Translations under genes and position numbers: made by a program | Assembly (NCBI RefSeq): GCF_009914755.1 | Contig: NC_060946.1 | Length of the DNA stretch: 64,000 nt | Direction: 5' to 3' (one strand) | DNA from: the human T2T-CHM13v2.0 reference genome, Homo sapiens | Part shown: one piece after another, positions 40,608 through 54,345 of the stretch | Layout: each line of letters opens with the position of its first letter | How positions within the stretch are numbered: the first letter of the stretch is position 1 | The notes under the pieces: generated by a model | What the model saw: only the letters and a program-made list of their open reading frames with translations | Told to the model about the DNA's origin: nothing | Database searches by the model: none

Positions 40608-41950
40608 TTCTCTGGCCAGGGCAATCAGGCAAGAGAAAGAAATAAAGGGTATTCAAATAGGAAGAGAGAAAGTCAAACTGTCTCTGCACATGACATGATC
40701 CTGTATCTAGAAAACCCCATCGTCTCAGTCCAAAAGCTGATAAACAACTTCAGCAAAGTCTCAGGATACAAAATCAATGTGCAAAAATCACAAGCATTCC
40801 TATACTCCAACAATAGACAAGCAGAGAGCCAAATCATGAATTCCCATTCAGAATTGCTGCAAGTACAATAAAATACCTAGGAATACAGCTAACAAGGGAA
40901 GTGAAGGACCTCTTGAAGGAGAACTACACACCACTGCTCAAGGAAGTCAGAGAGAACACAAACAAATAGAAAAACATTTCATGCTCATGGATAGGAAGAG
41001 TCAATATCGTGAAAATGGCCATACTGCCCAAAAGGTCTAATATCCAGAATCCACAAGGAACTTAAACAAATTTATAAGAAAAAAACAACCCCATTAAAAA
41101 GTGGGCAAAAGACATGAACAGACACTTCTCAAAAGAAGACATTTATGCAGCAGCCAACAAACATATGAAAAAAAAGCTCAATATCACTGATGATTACAGA
41201 AATGTAAATCAAAACCACGATGAGATACCATCTCATGCCAATCAAAATGCCAATCAAAATGGCGATTATCAAAAAGTCAAGATACAACAGATACTGGAGA
41301 GGCTGTGGGGAAATAAGAACACTTTTACACTGTTGGTGGGAGTGTAAATTAGTTCAACCATTGCGGAAGACAGTGTGGTGATTCCTCAAAGATCTAGAAC
41401 CAGAAATACCATTTGACTCAGCAATTTCATTACTGGGTATATACCCAAGGGAATATAAATCATTCTGTTACAAAGATTCATGCATGCGCATGTTTATTGC
41501 AGCACTATTCACAATAGCAAAGACATGGAATCAACCCAAATGCCTATCAATGATAGACTGGATAAAGAATATGTGATACATATACACCATGGAATACTAT
41601 GCAGTCCTAAATAGGAATGAGATCATGTTCTTTGCAGGGACCTGGATGGAGCTAGAAGCCATTATCCCCAGGAAACTAACACAGGAACAAAAAACCAAAC
41701 ACTGTATATTCTCACTTATAAGTGGGAGCTGAACAATGAGAACACATGGATACAGGGAGGGGAGCAACACATAATGGGGCCTGTGGTAGGGGGAGTGGGG
41801 AAAGGGAGAGCACCAGGATAGATAGCTAATGTATGTGGGGCTTAATACTTAGGTGATGGGTTGATAGGTGCAGCAAACAACCATAGCACACGTTTACCTA
41901 TGTAACAAACCTGCACGTCCTGCATGTGTATCCTGGAAATTAAATTTAAA
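40608..41950 (+). mobile_element. 5'-truncated L1PA (about PA10-13) with an internal deletion near 41031
   Basis: RT-region ctggccagggcaatcaggcaagagaaagaaataaaggg through a typical L1PA 3' UTR. Confidence 0.92.
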
Positions 41951-41971
41951 GAAACAGAATGTCCATTGACT

Positions 41972-42065
41972 GCTGAGTGATCTTCAGTAGCGACCTAACC
42001 TCTCTGACTACCAGCTTCCTTGCCTGTAGACATGATAATGGGGTGATACTTTGCCTCCAAGGAGT
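41972..42065 (+). mobile_element. MIR fragment
   Basis: ctgagtgatcttc...taacctctctgac..cagcttccttgcctgta. Confidence 0.5.
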
Positions 42066-43587
42066 GAAGTGAGACAAGGAATTTGAAAACCCTTTGGCAA
42101 CATCGGGCTGTGGTTTGGATGTTCTTTTCTCTGGAAGCTCCCATGGTCCTGCACCTTTCCCTCTCTGCAGATGGCAGGGCTTGTCTTTCTCAATGGCCAC
42201 TGCAAGAAGTGGCCAAGATTTGTGGGTTTATCCCAGTCAGTCCTGCAGCTGGGGTGTGAGGCACAGACCCCAAGTCAAAATGAAAGGAGCTCTTAGACCA
42301 GGCCTAACCAGGCTCTACTCTCTGAGTAAGGTTAATAGTACATGTGGTTAGTGGGAGACTAACAAGGTGCAGGTAATGAAGAGTTAACAGAAGTGGAGTG
42401 GAAAGAAGTCTTCCAAGTGGGACACACACACTTCCTGAAGACAAGTCAGCTGAAGGAAGGATGACCTGCAGCCTTGCTGGGACCCATGCCCTGCTCAGAA
42501 TGAGCCTCTTGGCATCTCCTGCTCAAACAAATCCTCATCCCCAAATTAAACCTGTCCTGCCATTGCAGGACATTGCTTGAGAGTTTTAAACACTGCAGGG
42601 GCCAGCGCCAGCCTCTCGTTCATTTTGTATGAAAGCCCCTGACGTGGGAACTACTGAAGACCTTCACCTTCCATCCCAACAGCCCGCGATATTACCATGC
42701 TGTCAGGCGGGGGGTGTGTGTGTGTGCGCGTGCGCGTGTATGTGTGTCTATCTGTCTTCACATCAAATCTTGGGATTGGAAATTAAACACAAATGAGTCA
42801 ATGGTTGGTGTTTTGGTAGGCTGCTGAGCGACGGGCAATCCTGCTTTCTCCTTCTCTTGAATTTGGAAGCAAATAAGGACTAAGGCTCAGAAGACACACA
42901 GCTGGGGAGTAAAATGCTGGCTTTATTGCTGACCAAGCTGCCTGGCTTTTAGGTCCAAATAAGCCTGCAGACAGTTGCCCTAAACTGGAGCAATGAGTAC
43001 GCCCAGCTCCGGGCACAAGACTGATGGGTAACCGCAGCCCTCTCCCTTGGGCACCACTGCCCTGCATGTGTCCCGTGTCTATGGTGGTTGTCCAGTGCCA
43101 GTAGAGCTTCACTCAGCTGCTCTAGGAGTCCCCTACTGGCTAAGCCATGGTGTGAGGGCAGGGGTGAGCTGAGAGTGCTGCTCCTGCTCCAGCCCTGGCC
43201 CAAACTGGGGAGCAGAGGGACCCCCTCCCTGCCCCTCGTGGCTAGGAAGGCCAGCTGTTCGATTAAACCCATTCTCTCCTGTCTCCCCAGGGACAGAGGA
43301 CCTAGGCTCATGGCCACCCAACTGGACTGCATTTCCCAAGGTCCTTTGCAGTGAGGGGATCATGTGACTGAATTCCAGCCACAGGCTGCAGCAGGAGGGA
43401 CAAGTGAGCTCATCCTGGGGTCTGGGCTACAGCCAGGCCCCTGCCAGACTCCCCTCCTCACGGGAGGCCACCCATGACTGTGAGGGTGGCAGAGGGACCA
43501 GTTGGGAGATCCCCCGCCCCCCCCCAGCCAGTCCCCAAAATCAGAGATAGAGCAGCCCACAGAGCAGCCGAACTCCTGGTTCTCTAA

Positions 43588-43951
<364 letters not shown>

Positions 43952-43994
43952 TCTTCACACTTTTATTACTATTTCCTATCTTAAAAAAAAAGTT

Positions 43995-44433
<439 letters not shown>

Positions 44434-44839
44434 TCACTCTTCCATGCAGAAACACACAGTTTAAAAAATGGAATCATCCTTTATATACTGTTAACTAACC
44501 TAGCATTTTTTGGACTCTCTTTGGAAATAGCTTTATTGTTTCCTGATTCTCAAAGTATTACATGCTTATCATAAAAATCACATAAAATATCAAAAAGTCT
44601 AATGAAGAAGACAACACTCAACCATAAATCTGTGACCTCTAAGGACTGGGATTTGGCTGGGATCTGTCCTGCTAGATTTTTTTTTTAAGGCATACATTAC
44701 TATTTAGGTAACATGGGTAGATAGATGTTGGAGCCAGGATTTCTTAACAAAAATTTAAAATGAGTATGGTGGCACAACATATCGTTTTATAAGGAGATTT
44801 GAAAACCCTTTATGGTGTATTATAGACTTCACTCACATG

Positions 44840-45830
44840 ATTTTAATTTGTAGTGCATGCATAGTATTGTCTTGCCTGGGGGATTCATAAAAATATGTTT
44901 AACAAATTCTGTATGTAGATTATTTTTATCTCATTACTGTGAGAAATGCTTTCGTAAGCATTCTTGTGCATAGATTTTTGTACACTATGGTATACTATGT
45001 GCTTATTAGGATAAATCCCTAGAGAAGGTACTAGTAAGTCAAAGACGGGGCCATTTTCTGTGATGCTGGTGCCTGTTGCTCTATGAAAGCTTGTGCCAAC
45101 ATACAAGTCTCCAAATTGTGAATGCCAGCACCTGTACCTCACACTCACACAAATATTGGAGATTACAATTATTTAAAATATTGGCCAACCCAATGGACAC
45201 ATATCTTGCTTTGTTTTACCCTATAATTATTTTACTTTTGGTGAAACTGAACGTATTTTTATATATTCAAATTTGTGGCCCAGTTCTTCTTTTTCTATTG
45301 AGGCTTCTTTTGTTATAAATGATTTGTAAAAGCTTCTCAAATATTAAAAAAACCAGCTCTTTGTCTACCAGTTTATTTGCCTTTTAGGTTTGTCAGTGGT
45401 CTCTATTTTTCTTATATAGTTTTTATTACTGGTGTGTTACTTTATAGATTTGCTAGTAGAGAAAAGAACAGAAAAGCTTTTCTCATCCAGTGGTTATAAA
45501 AATATGATTGCTTCACAGATTATAAAAGTAAATATTATCTTACTGATTAAGCTTTTAAAAATGTTTTAAATCTTCTATTCATCTGGGATTGATTTTGGTG
45601 TAAGTGTAAATGATAAATCTGTCTTAATATTTTCCCAAATGGCTAATTACACTAATTACTATATTGATGGAAAATAATCCTTTTTGTCCTTTGATTTGAA
45701 ATATCACCCTATTTTCTCCTTCTTTCTCTCTTTCATCCTCTTTTTCTTTTCTATCCTGATGTTAATACCATATTCTTTTAATTATTTTAGCTTTGTAATA
45801 GGCTTTAAAATCCAGAGTGAATGTTATTTT
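44840..45830 (-). mobile_element. Old L1ME fragment
   Basis: T-rich antisense L1 (ttaggataaatccctagagaagg; tcatctgggattgattttggtgtaagtgt). Confidence 0.6.
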
Positions 45831-45841
45831 GTGATTCATGA

Positions 45842-46357
<516 letters not shown>

Positions 46358-46892
46358 CTGAGCCTGGATTCTCTTTTCCACCTCCTCAGAAAGCCCTCCC
46401 TGGCCCCCCAAGCCACGTGAGACCTCTTTGCTTCTCCCAGAGCACCCAGTGCTGTTCCTTCCCATCACTTATGCAATTAATGATTAAATATGTATATGCA
46501 TGATGGATTCTTAAGGTACTTCCCCTGTCCTCCAATTAGACTTGAGGCCCCATGAGGCAGAAACCATATTGACCAGTTTACCTGACATCTACACAGGTGA
46601 TCATCAAGGCATGTTACGGAATGAATAAGTGCATGTTGAGGTCCGACATCCTCTGAGCAGTGCTAAGGGCTGCCATTGGCTGTGACCCTCTCGACACCAT
46701 TCCTCAACGCTCCGTCTTCCTCTAAACCGAGCTGCCCAAGCCAGCCTTTTGCTTACGTTCTTCCCTCTGCAGGGAATCCTTTCCAGCCCCTCCTCCCTGT
46801 GGACACTTGCTCATCTTCTCAAGTCAAGACCAACTGTAGCCTCCTTAGCGGAGTCTCCAGGGGGCTGCCGGTGGAGCTGAGCTGATCCCCAC

Positions 46893-47245
46893 TACTACAG
46901 TTGGAATATTTGTGTCCCCCTAAAGTTCACGTTGAGATTCTCACCCCAAGGTGATGGTGTTAGGAGGGGGCTTTTGGGAGGTGATGACGGTAGGAGGGTG
47001 GAGCCCTCAGGAATGGGATTCATACCCTTATAATAGAGACTCAAGGGAGCTAGCTCACCCTGTCCACCATGTGAGGACACAGAGAAGGTGCTGTCTGTGA
47101 ACCAGGAAACCCTCACCAGACACCAGATCTGCTAGACCTTGATCTTGAACTTCCAGCTTCCAGAACTGTGAGAAATGGATTTCTGTGGTTTATAAGCTGC
47201 CCATTTTATGGAATTTTGTTATAGCAGCCCAAGTGGACTAAGACA
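46893..47245 (+). mobile_element. MLT1A0-type solo LTR
   Basis: tactacagttggaatatttgtgtcccc...ggactaagaca; TSD cccac/gccac. Confidence 0.88.
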
Positions 47246-48249
47246 GCCACCATGTTCTCACAAAGCTTGACTTGCCCCAATCAACTGCGAAGGCCTCTGG
47301 GCAGACCCACTCCGCTCTTGGGACTCCTCTGGGGTGAACATGAAAAGGCATAAAATAAACTTCTCTCCAACAAAATAAAGTGGAAAATCTATCCAATCAA
47401 TTCAGATACCAAGGGGCCTTTCTAATTCAGAGTCAGCCATCATTGCATCCTCTATTTGTGTCTTTTCCTTCTGGTTGAGCCTCCAAAATATATTGCACCT
47501 TAAAAAAATTGAATTTGCTCTTATTTGGGATCAATATACGATCTAGTTCTGTTGTTGCAAATAGATACCCCAAATCAAATAACTTGATTGGATTTACTTT
47601 TCTACTCTCGATTTGTCTTCAATTTGCTGTCATCAGGTTGGATGTGTTTATGGTTGGGTGTGCTTTTCCGAATAGAGATTGAAAGCCAGTCATTATGGTC
47701 TTCCACTTGTGGAATTCCCCATCCACTGGGCATCATCCTTTTTTCCTGTTTTCTCTCCAAACAATTTCAGTGCCCAGACTTGATGTCTTCATTTCACAGT
47801 TGGAAAAACTCTGCTTAACGCTCAAAGGTGAGTTAGTGCTGCCACAAAATGGGACGTGAAGTGAAGGGCAGGCATCTCCTCTCCAGGCATCACATGTCTT
47901 CCTGGTGGCCAGGTGCCTATGGGCTGGAACATAACGGTCTCTGATTGGACAGCAGCAGGCTGGGAAGGGTTGAGAGAAGGGAGATGGGGAGCATGGAGCA
48001 TGCTCCACCATTCTGCCCAGCCCTGCATTGGTCACCTCCCTCTGCATGCCCCCAACCTGGAAGCCTCATGAAGGGCAGACTAGGGGATGTGAAGACTACT
48101 TCTGCTTGCAGGGGGACCTGGGGAAGGTGTGGGTTTTGTGCTGGGGAGGAGAAGAGGAAGGGCATGCAGTTATCCTCCTGGTGGGCATGGGGACTGTGGG
48201 CAGAGTGCCCCACCATTTTGGTCTTGGGTCTGTAGCTTATTAGTGCATG

Positions 48250-49085
48250 GCCCTGGACAAGGAATCAAGCACCCCACTGTCATCATCTGGAGACTGAGAT
48301 GATCAGGTTACTGGGAGGATGAAAAAGATAACTCAGGATAGGTGCCTTGTATACGGTCAGTGCCCACTAAGTGTTCCTTAGGCAAAGACACTCTACTATC
48401 CTGCCTGACCTCCATTCTTTCCTTCTTCCTTAGTAAGAGATGTCTGATCTTAGTCATGGAGGAAATGAGACTGAGTTAAAAATATTACATTTTTAAGCAT
48501 TTCTTGTAGATAGGGTGACCAGTTATATATTTTTAAAAGTGCACTGGTAGAAAGCTTGTTTTACTCTTTCTCCTTCTCAGTCTTACTGCCTAGGATGCAC
48601 TCACGATGGCTGGAGCTCCAGCAGCCATTTCGTGTCTTTCACGATGAAGCCAGCCCTAAGGATGCTAGAACAGGAAGACAGAAGGTTAGGTCTCCAGTGA
48701 CCCTGAGATGTCCCAGTACCAGCCCCAAACCACTGGACAACTGACCCATTTTCTGCTTAATATGATTAAGCTGATGCAGTCAGGTCTCTGCTAGCAGCAA
48801 TTAAGCACTTTTGATAATCTCTGGCTATGCAGCAATTCTCTTATTCATTCATCCCATAGACATCTATTAAGTGCTTATTCCATGTGAGGCATTATATTAG
48901 GCTTTCCTGGTGAAAGATATAAACGCGATTCTGCTTCTCACAGAGCTTTGAGCCAGTGAGGAAGATAAGCTGTATGCGATTCTTATAAACAAGATGAAAA
49001 TTGCAGGTGCAATGTGTAAGCAGCTAACGGGAGGTATGAAAAGGGGGACCTGACCATCCCTTGACGGGTTCAGGGAAACACTGAC
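48250..49085. mobile_element. Cluster of ancient fragments: MIR (~48250-48370), MLT1J/K-like (~48390-48800), L2 on minus (~48840-49085)
   Basis: catctggagactgagatgat; tggctggagctccagcagccatt; cattcatcccatagacatctattaagtgct. Confidence 0.45.
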
Positions 49086-49813
49086 CATCCCAGAGATTGC
49101 CATGGGATCTGGTTTTCTCCTTTAGAGCAACATGACTTGTTTTATGGTGTTAGAAGCTGCTCTGGTACCCAGAAGGCACAGAGCACTGGACAGGTGAGGG
49201 CCAGGGGCCCACATGTCACCTTTGCCTGCCCCTGGAAGTGTGGGACTTGCGACTGTCATTTTCCAAGCCTAGCTTCTTTGTCTGTCAAAAGTAACGGATT
49301 CTGTTGGAGGGTCCCTTTTGCTTTTACATTTTGATTCCAGAAGTCAAGTGCATGATGGTGAAGGGATTTGAAACTGATTTTAGTGGAGACTGACATGGAA
49401 CCGAGGGCATCAAGTGTGGAGAAGGGAAGGCCTGATGTAGCAGGACCTCTGGAGGATGGACAGAGCTTGTGGGTTTTGGATGGAGAAGGCAGAGCCGGGA
49501 CCTGGAGGACTCTGGCTCCTGGGTGGCCCAAGACTGCCTTATCTGGTTGCCACTCCACACTGCTGTGCTCCTTCCTTTTTTTAAATTAGCCATTTTTAAT
49601 GGCAGCGATGACTCCATATGGAACAATGCACTGTGTCAGGAAAAACAAACTGGCCACCACCTCTGCCCCTGCAGCTCCTACCCCCTTTCCCAGAGTTTCC
49701 TAAGGAAATGTCCAGGATTTCTCTCTCAAGACCTGTGCCAATGTGTCTGTCTTGATTTCTGAAGAATCCACCCCTTCTTTATACTGTCATTGCCAACTGC
49801 TATTAAGAGCCTT

Positions 49814-50250
<437 letters not shown>

Positions 50251-51019
50251 CTATCGCCACCCTGTAAACTGCTCCTAGAGGCCCCCGGTGCTCCCATGTT
50301 GTCCTGGTGCCCAGGCCCCTCCTGAGCACCCCTGTTGGTGAGTTTAAGGCCCCTCAGCAAAACATATTTGACATGAAACCTGTCATCTTCTCCCTGAGCT
50401 GTTTTCCACTTGGGGGCTTGTCCTCCCACATGTAGTCCTGTGCCCAGCCCTTTGCTTCCTCCTCGTCACTCAATGCTTCCTGACACTCGGCTTCTGTCCA
50501 TCTGGCCTGTTGCTGTCTTGCCTCAGGCCCAGCCAAGGCACCATCCTGTCCTGGCAACAGCCCCTCACTTACCCAGCTGGGGTCTGATGTGGGCCCCTCC
50601 TCCTGCTCTGCACCTAGAAGTCAGGTACATTTTCACAAGGAACCCCCATTGGGTTACCCTCCAGGTTTAAACACCTCGGTGGCTCTCAGAGAACAAACCC
50701 ACATCTTGGACCTGTGGCAGGTGAGGCTCAGGCCTGGGACTGACCCTCCCCAAGACTCCCGGACCCCATTGGCTCTCTGAGCCCCAGCCTGGGCAACATC
50801 CGGCCACCAGTGAGTAGGTATGGAAGAAGGGATGGAGGGAGAGGAGACTTTGATAGAAGCATTGCTTAAAAATAGAAAGTAGCCCAAATATGCTCCTTTA
50901 TATTCATGAGATGTTTAACAATGTAGAATGCCTGAGCTATTTTTAATCGAAAGTTCCCACAGTTGAGGGGTGCTGGAGAGTGGAAGCCCTTGCAGGCGCC
51001 GCTCCTATGCCCTCCAGAC

Positions 51020-51530
51020 CCTCTGCCCACACAGCAACCAAAGTGACCACTTAACAAAGTCAACCAGACCTGGCCTGGCTGCCTAAAGCCTCCCGGGCTC
51101 TCCACCCTGCACTGCGGCCCCAGCAGACGCTGCTGTAACTCCGCTCTGAGCTCACTCTGGCCTGTCCGCCCTGGCTTCCTGGCATGGGGTCTCAGGGCCA
51201 CCTGTTTATGGCCACACTGGGCAAGTGGCAAATGTGCCAGGTCATGGCCCCTGCCATCTGTCTCTCCCGGAGCACGCCCTTGTGTGGCTGGCCCGCTCTT
51301 CATCCTGCAGCCTCAGCACCCCCTCGAGGGGTCTTCCCTGACCACCTGCCCAGTGTTGCCTCGTTATCCCCACTGGGGTGCCCATTTTATTACCTGCACC
51401 TGAACCTGCCCTGCTTATGCTCTGACATTCGCATCCCGTGTTCTTCGTGTGAGCTCCACAGAAGCAGGGTTTTGTCTGCAGGGGGTGCCTGGCACACGGT
51501 CGGCCTTTAATAAATGGTGTTGGGTGGTTG
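51020..51530 (+). mobile_element. L2 3' fragment
   Basis: tcttccctgaccacc...gtgagctccacagaagcaggg...gtgcctggcacacggt...aataaatg. Confidence 0.55.
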
Positions 51531-51864
51531 GACAGCTGCAGGATGCCTCTTTACACAGCCACAAGGAAGCATAGTTTTAGAGCCACTGTTGGCAGAAAGG
51601 GACAGGGGTTCCTGAACGTTAGGCAGATACAAAAATGTGTACGTGACAGATGATAGCGTCCGCCTGTAATCCCAGCTACTGGAGAGGCATTCTGTGTTCA
51701 CTTATCTATCTGTACTGAGTCAACATCCCTGAACAGAAAAAAAGCACCAACATACTAGAAAATTAGGGAAATGAGCTATGTGATTACCGGTGATTTTTAT
51801 TTTCTTCGCCATTGTTTGTGTTCCTCTAAACTTCCACAAAGAGCATATATAGGTTTTTTAAAAA

Positions 51865-52020
51865 CCTTTTATATTTAAATAATTATAGAGTCACAGAATT
51901 TGCAAACATAATGCAATGAGATCCTTTGTGAACTTCCTGTGTTTCCCCAGTGGGTCTGTCATGCCATGGAGTGAAGGCACGTGGTCAAAACCGGGAAACG
52001 GACCCTGGTATGATCCATGG
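51865..52020 (-). mobile_element. L1MC-type 3' terminus fragment
   Basis: aaataattatagagtcacagaatttgcaaa...gtttccccagtggg...caaaaccgggaaa. Confidence 0.55.
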
Positions 52021-52140
52021 GCCTAATCTCTGGTGGTTGTTGAAATCAGCAACCACAGTGAATGTGATTTTCAAACAATAAGAAAAAAAATCCTCATTTC
52101 CCTCACTGCCTACAGAACATGTGTGAAGGCCAAGCCTGAT

Positions 52141-52250
52141 TGAAGGCCCTGAGCTCCTGGGGGCCTGAGCTCCTGGGGGCCCTGAGCTCCTGGAGGCCCT
52201 GAGCTCCTGAAGGCCCTGAGCTCCTGGGGGCCCTGAGCTCCTGGGGGCCT
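52141..52250. repeat. 17-bp minisatellite (tgrrggccctgagctcc) x6.5
   Basis: Units at 52141, 52158, 52174, 52191, 52208, 52225, 52242. Confidence 0.95.
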
Positions 52251-53040
52251 GCTGGGCTTGCAGTGGGGAAACGGTGGACAGGACAGCAGGATCCCATCCG
52301 TGCTGTGGGGAGCTGGACTTGCTTCTGTGACCCTCAGCTTCCTCATCTGTAGCGTGGGCACCATGGTGGTGCCCTCGTGGGCTGTGGGAGACTTTGCTCT
52401 GCCTTCCGAGGCTCCTGTGGGCAGAGCAGCGCTTCCACCCTGTGCTGGCCCAGGGCCCTCTTCTCTCGGGCTCCTCCCTGTACTGAGAGCTCTTCCAATG
52501 CCCAGCTGAGCTGAGGTTCTTGGAGGTGACTGTCGAATTCATGGACAACAGAATAAGAGGGTGCCCATGGATGTGGGCACTCGGGTCTTACTGTGCTGGC
52601 CTTGGGCCGTCCTTGAGCTCCACCCATCCCCATCCCCTGTCATGGGCAGTGGGAAAAGGCAGGGAAAAGTTTTGCTAAAGGCAATGATGTGTTTGAGGGT
52701 GGCAGAGGAACTGTCGGGGGTGAAAAGCACTCATTGCTTCATGAAGGGTCCATCTCCTTGTTAAGGGAACATTACTTACCTCTCTGCATTTTTGGAGGTA
52801 TGACGTCATATACCTGCCTAACATCACAGCTGGGCCATATGCATAGATCATTGATCTTTAAATGCCCAAGGGCCAGACTTTCCTGGGTTGGCAGCAACAG
52901 CAGGAAGGTGGGGCCCACCGTGGAGTTGGAGCCACCCAGAGTCCCCACGCAGGACAGACTCTAGACTGCACATCACAATGACGTGTGAGTGCCAACGGTC
53001 AGCGCCAGCCATCGTTCTGGGGGCATTTCTGTCCCTCTTT

Positions 53041-53148
53041 TTTTTATATATATATTTTTATTATTATACTTTAAGTTTTAGGGTACATGTGCACAACGTG
53101 CAGGTTAGTTACATATGTATACATGTGCCATGTTGGTGTGCTGCACCC
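53041..53148 (-). mobile_element. Extremely 5'-truncated young L1PA (PA2-4-like), ~108 bp
   Basis: L1PA terminal sequence plus tail; perfect 14-bp TSD ttctgtccctcttt at 53027-53040 and 53149-53162. Confidence 0.95.
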
Positions 53149-53980
53149 TTCTGTCCCTCTTTACGCTTCTGCTGCTCCTACAGAGGCAGGCACTTGGCCC
53201 CTCCCTCACCTGGGGAGCTTCTGCTCGGTTCCCCGGCTCACTGGCCCCTGGGGGAGGAGGGACTATTCTCGGCATGACCCGCAGGCATCTGAAATCGGGC
53301 TGGGCTGGGTTCTGGTCACCTTGCAGTCCGAGCTCCCAGGCCAGCCTGCATGCTTGGGCTTCCTCATTTCTTGGGGCTGGATGCATCGAGTACCTGGCTG
53401 CCCGGCTCCTTCTCTTTCCTTCCTCTCTCCACATGGGAGAGATGAGCCCCATGGCCAGCATCTCCCCGTTTGTCTTTTCTCCTCTGTGCCAAGTTCTCTA
53501 CCTAAAACTAAGTGGGAAAGACAGGTTGGGTCTGATCGCTGGGCTTGGCTCCTTTTCATCAAGTAGGGGAGAGGTTAGGCTCTTTGGGAGTCAAAGCCTC
53601 GAGCCTGGGATGGAATCACAGTTTCCAAAAAAGCCTTGGGCAGTGGGTGGGCAGCTTGGCTTCTGCCCCATGCTAACAAACCTGTCCCTTTTAGCTGTTG
53701 TTTAAAGGTTCTTCTGTGTGTGGCCAGCTCCTGTGCAGTGGGCAGGGAACTCCAGAGAGGAGGAGCTGCACAGGGCCCTGCCAGTGATGTGGGGGCTGGG
53801 GGGTCTCATGAGGGAGCCCAGCTGCCGGTCTTGACCTTGTAGGCTGGGCAGCGTCCTGCCCCGCTGCGTGTCTGGCCTTGTCTTCCTTTGCTGGATGCAG
53901 ATCCGCCCCCCGCATCCTTCTCGGTTTGCACTCAGTTCTCAGAGGCCCCTGGGCTGTCTCTGACACTGTCTCCTCCTCCG

Positions 53981-54123
53981 CGGGGGCAGTGCCACACCTC
54001 TGGGGTACAGTGTCACACTTCTGGGGGACAGTGCCACACCTCTGGGGGACAGTGTCACTTATACCTCTGGGGGGACAGCGTGACACCTCCAGGGGACAAT
54101 GTCACACCTCCGGGGGACAGTGC
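53981..54123. repeat. ~21-bp minisatellite (gggggacagtgtcacacctct) x~6.5
   Basis: Directly visible. Confidence 0.93.
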
Positions 54124-54192
54124 TTCTTATGTCCCCACTCCTTTCCTGCACTATGTCTGCTGAGACAAGCCCCAGAATGGGCTGTGTCCTCG

Positions 54193-54345
54193 GAGTCCTC
54201 CGAGTGGAGATTGTTTTCTAACTCCCGGGGCTGGGGGTTCCTGCCTCCTGGCCTCGGTAAGTCCGCTCTGTTGTTTCTTTTGGCTCCTGCTCTTCCCATG
54301 GGAACTTCTCTGCCATCTGAAACCCCTTTCTTGAACTCCTGCTGA
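54193..54345 (+). mobile_element. Isolated MER4-group ERV internal (leader) fragment
   Basis: Homologous to the reverse complement of ~34862-35008 (ctcccggggctggg..ctgc.tcctggcctc; gggaacttctctg.ca.ctgaa.cccctttcttgaact). Confidence 0.8.

Noticed and set aside
51985-53705. 150-196 aa ORFs
   Set aside because: Built from the 17-bp VNTR, the antisense L1 tail and GC-rich background; the collagen-like GPPGAQG is a repeat artefact
52141-54123. Minisatellites as CRISPR-like arrays
   Set aside because: Head-to-tail units without unique spacers, no cas genes, and the DNA is human
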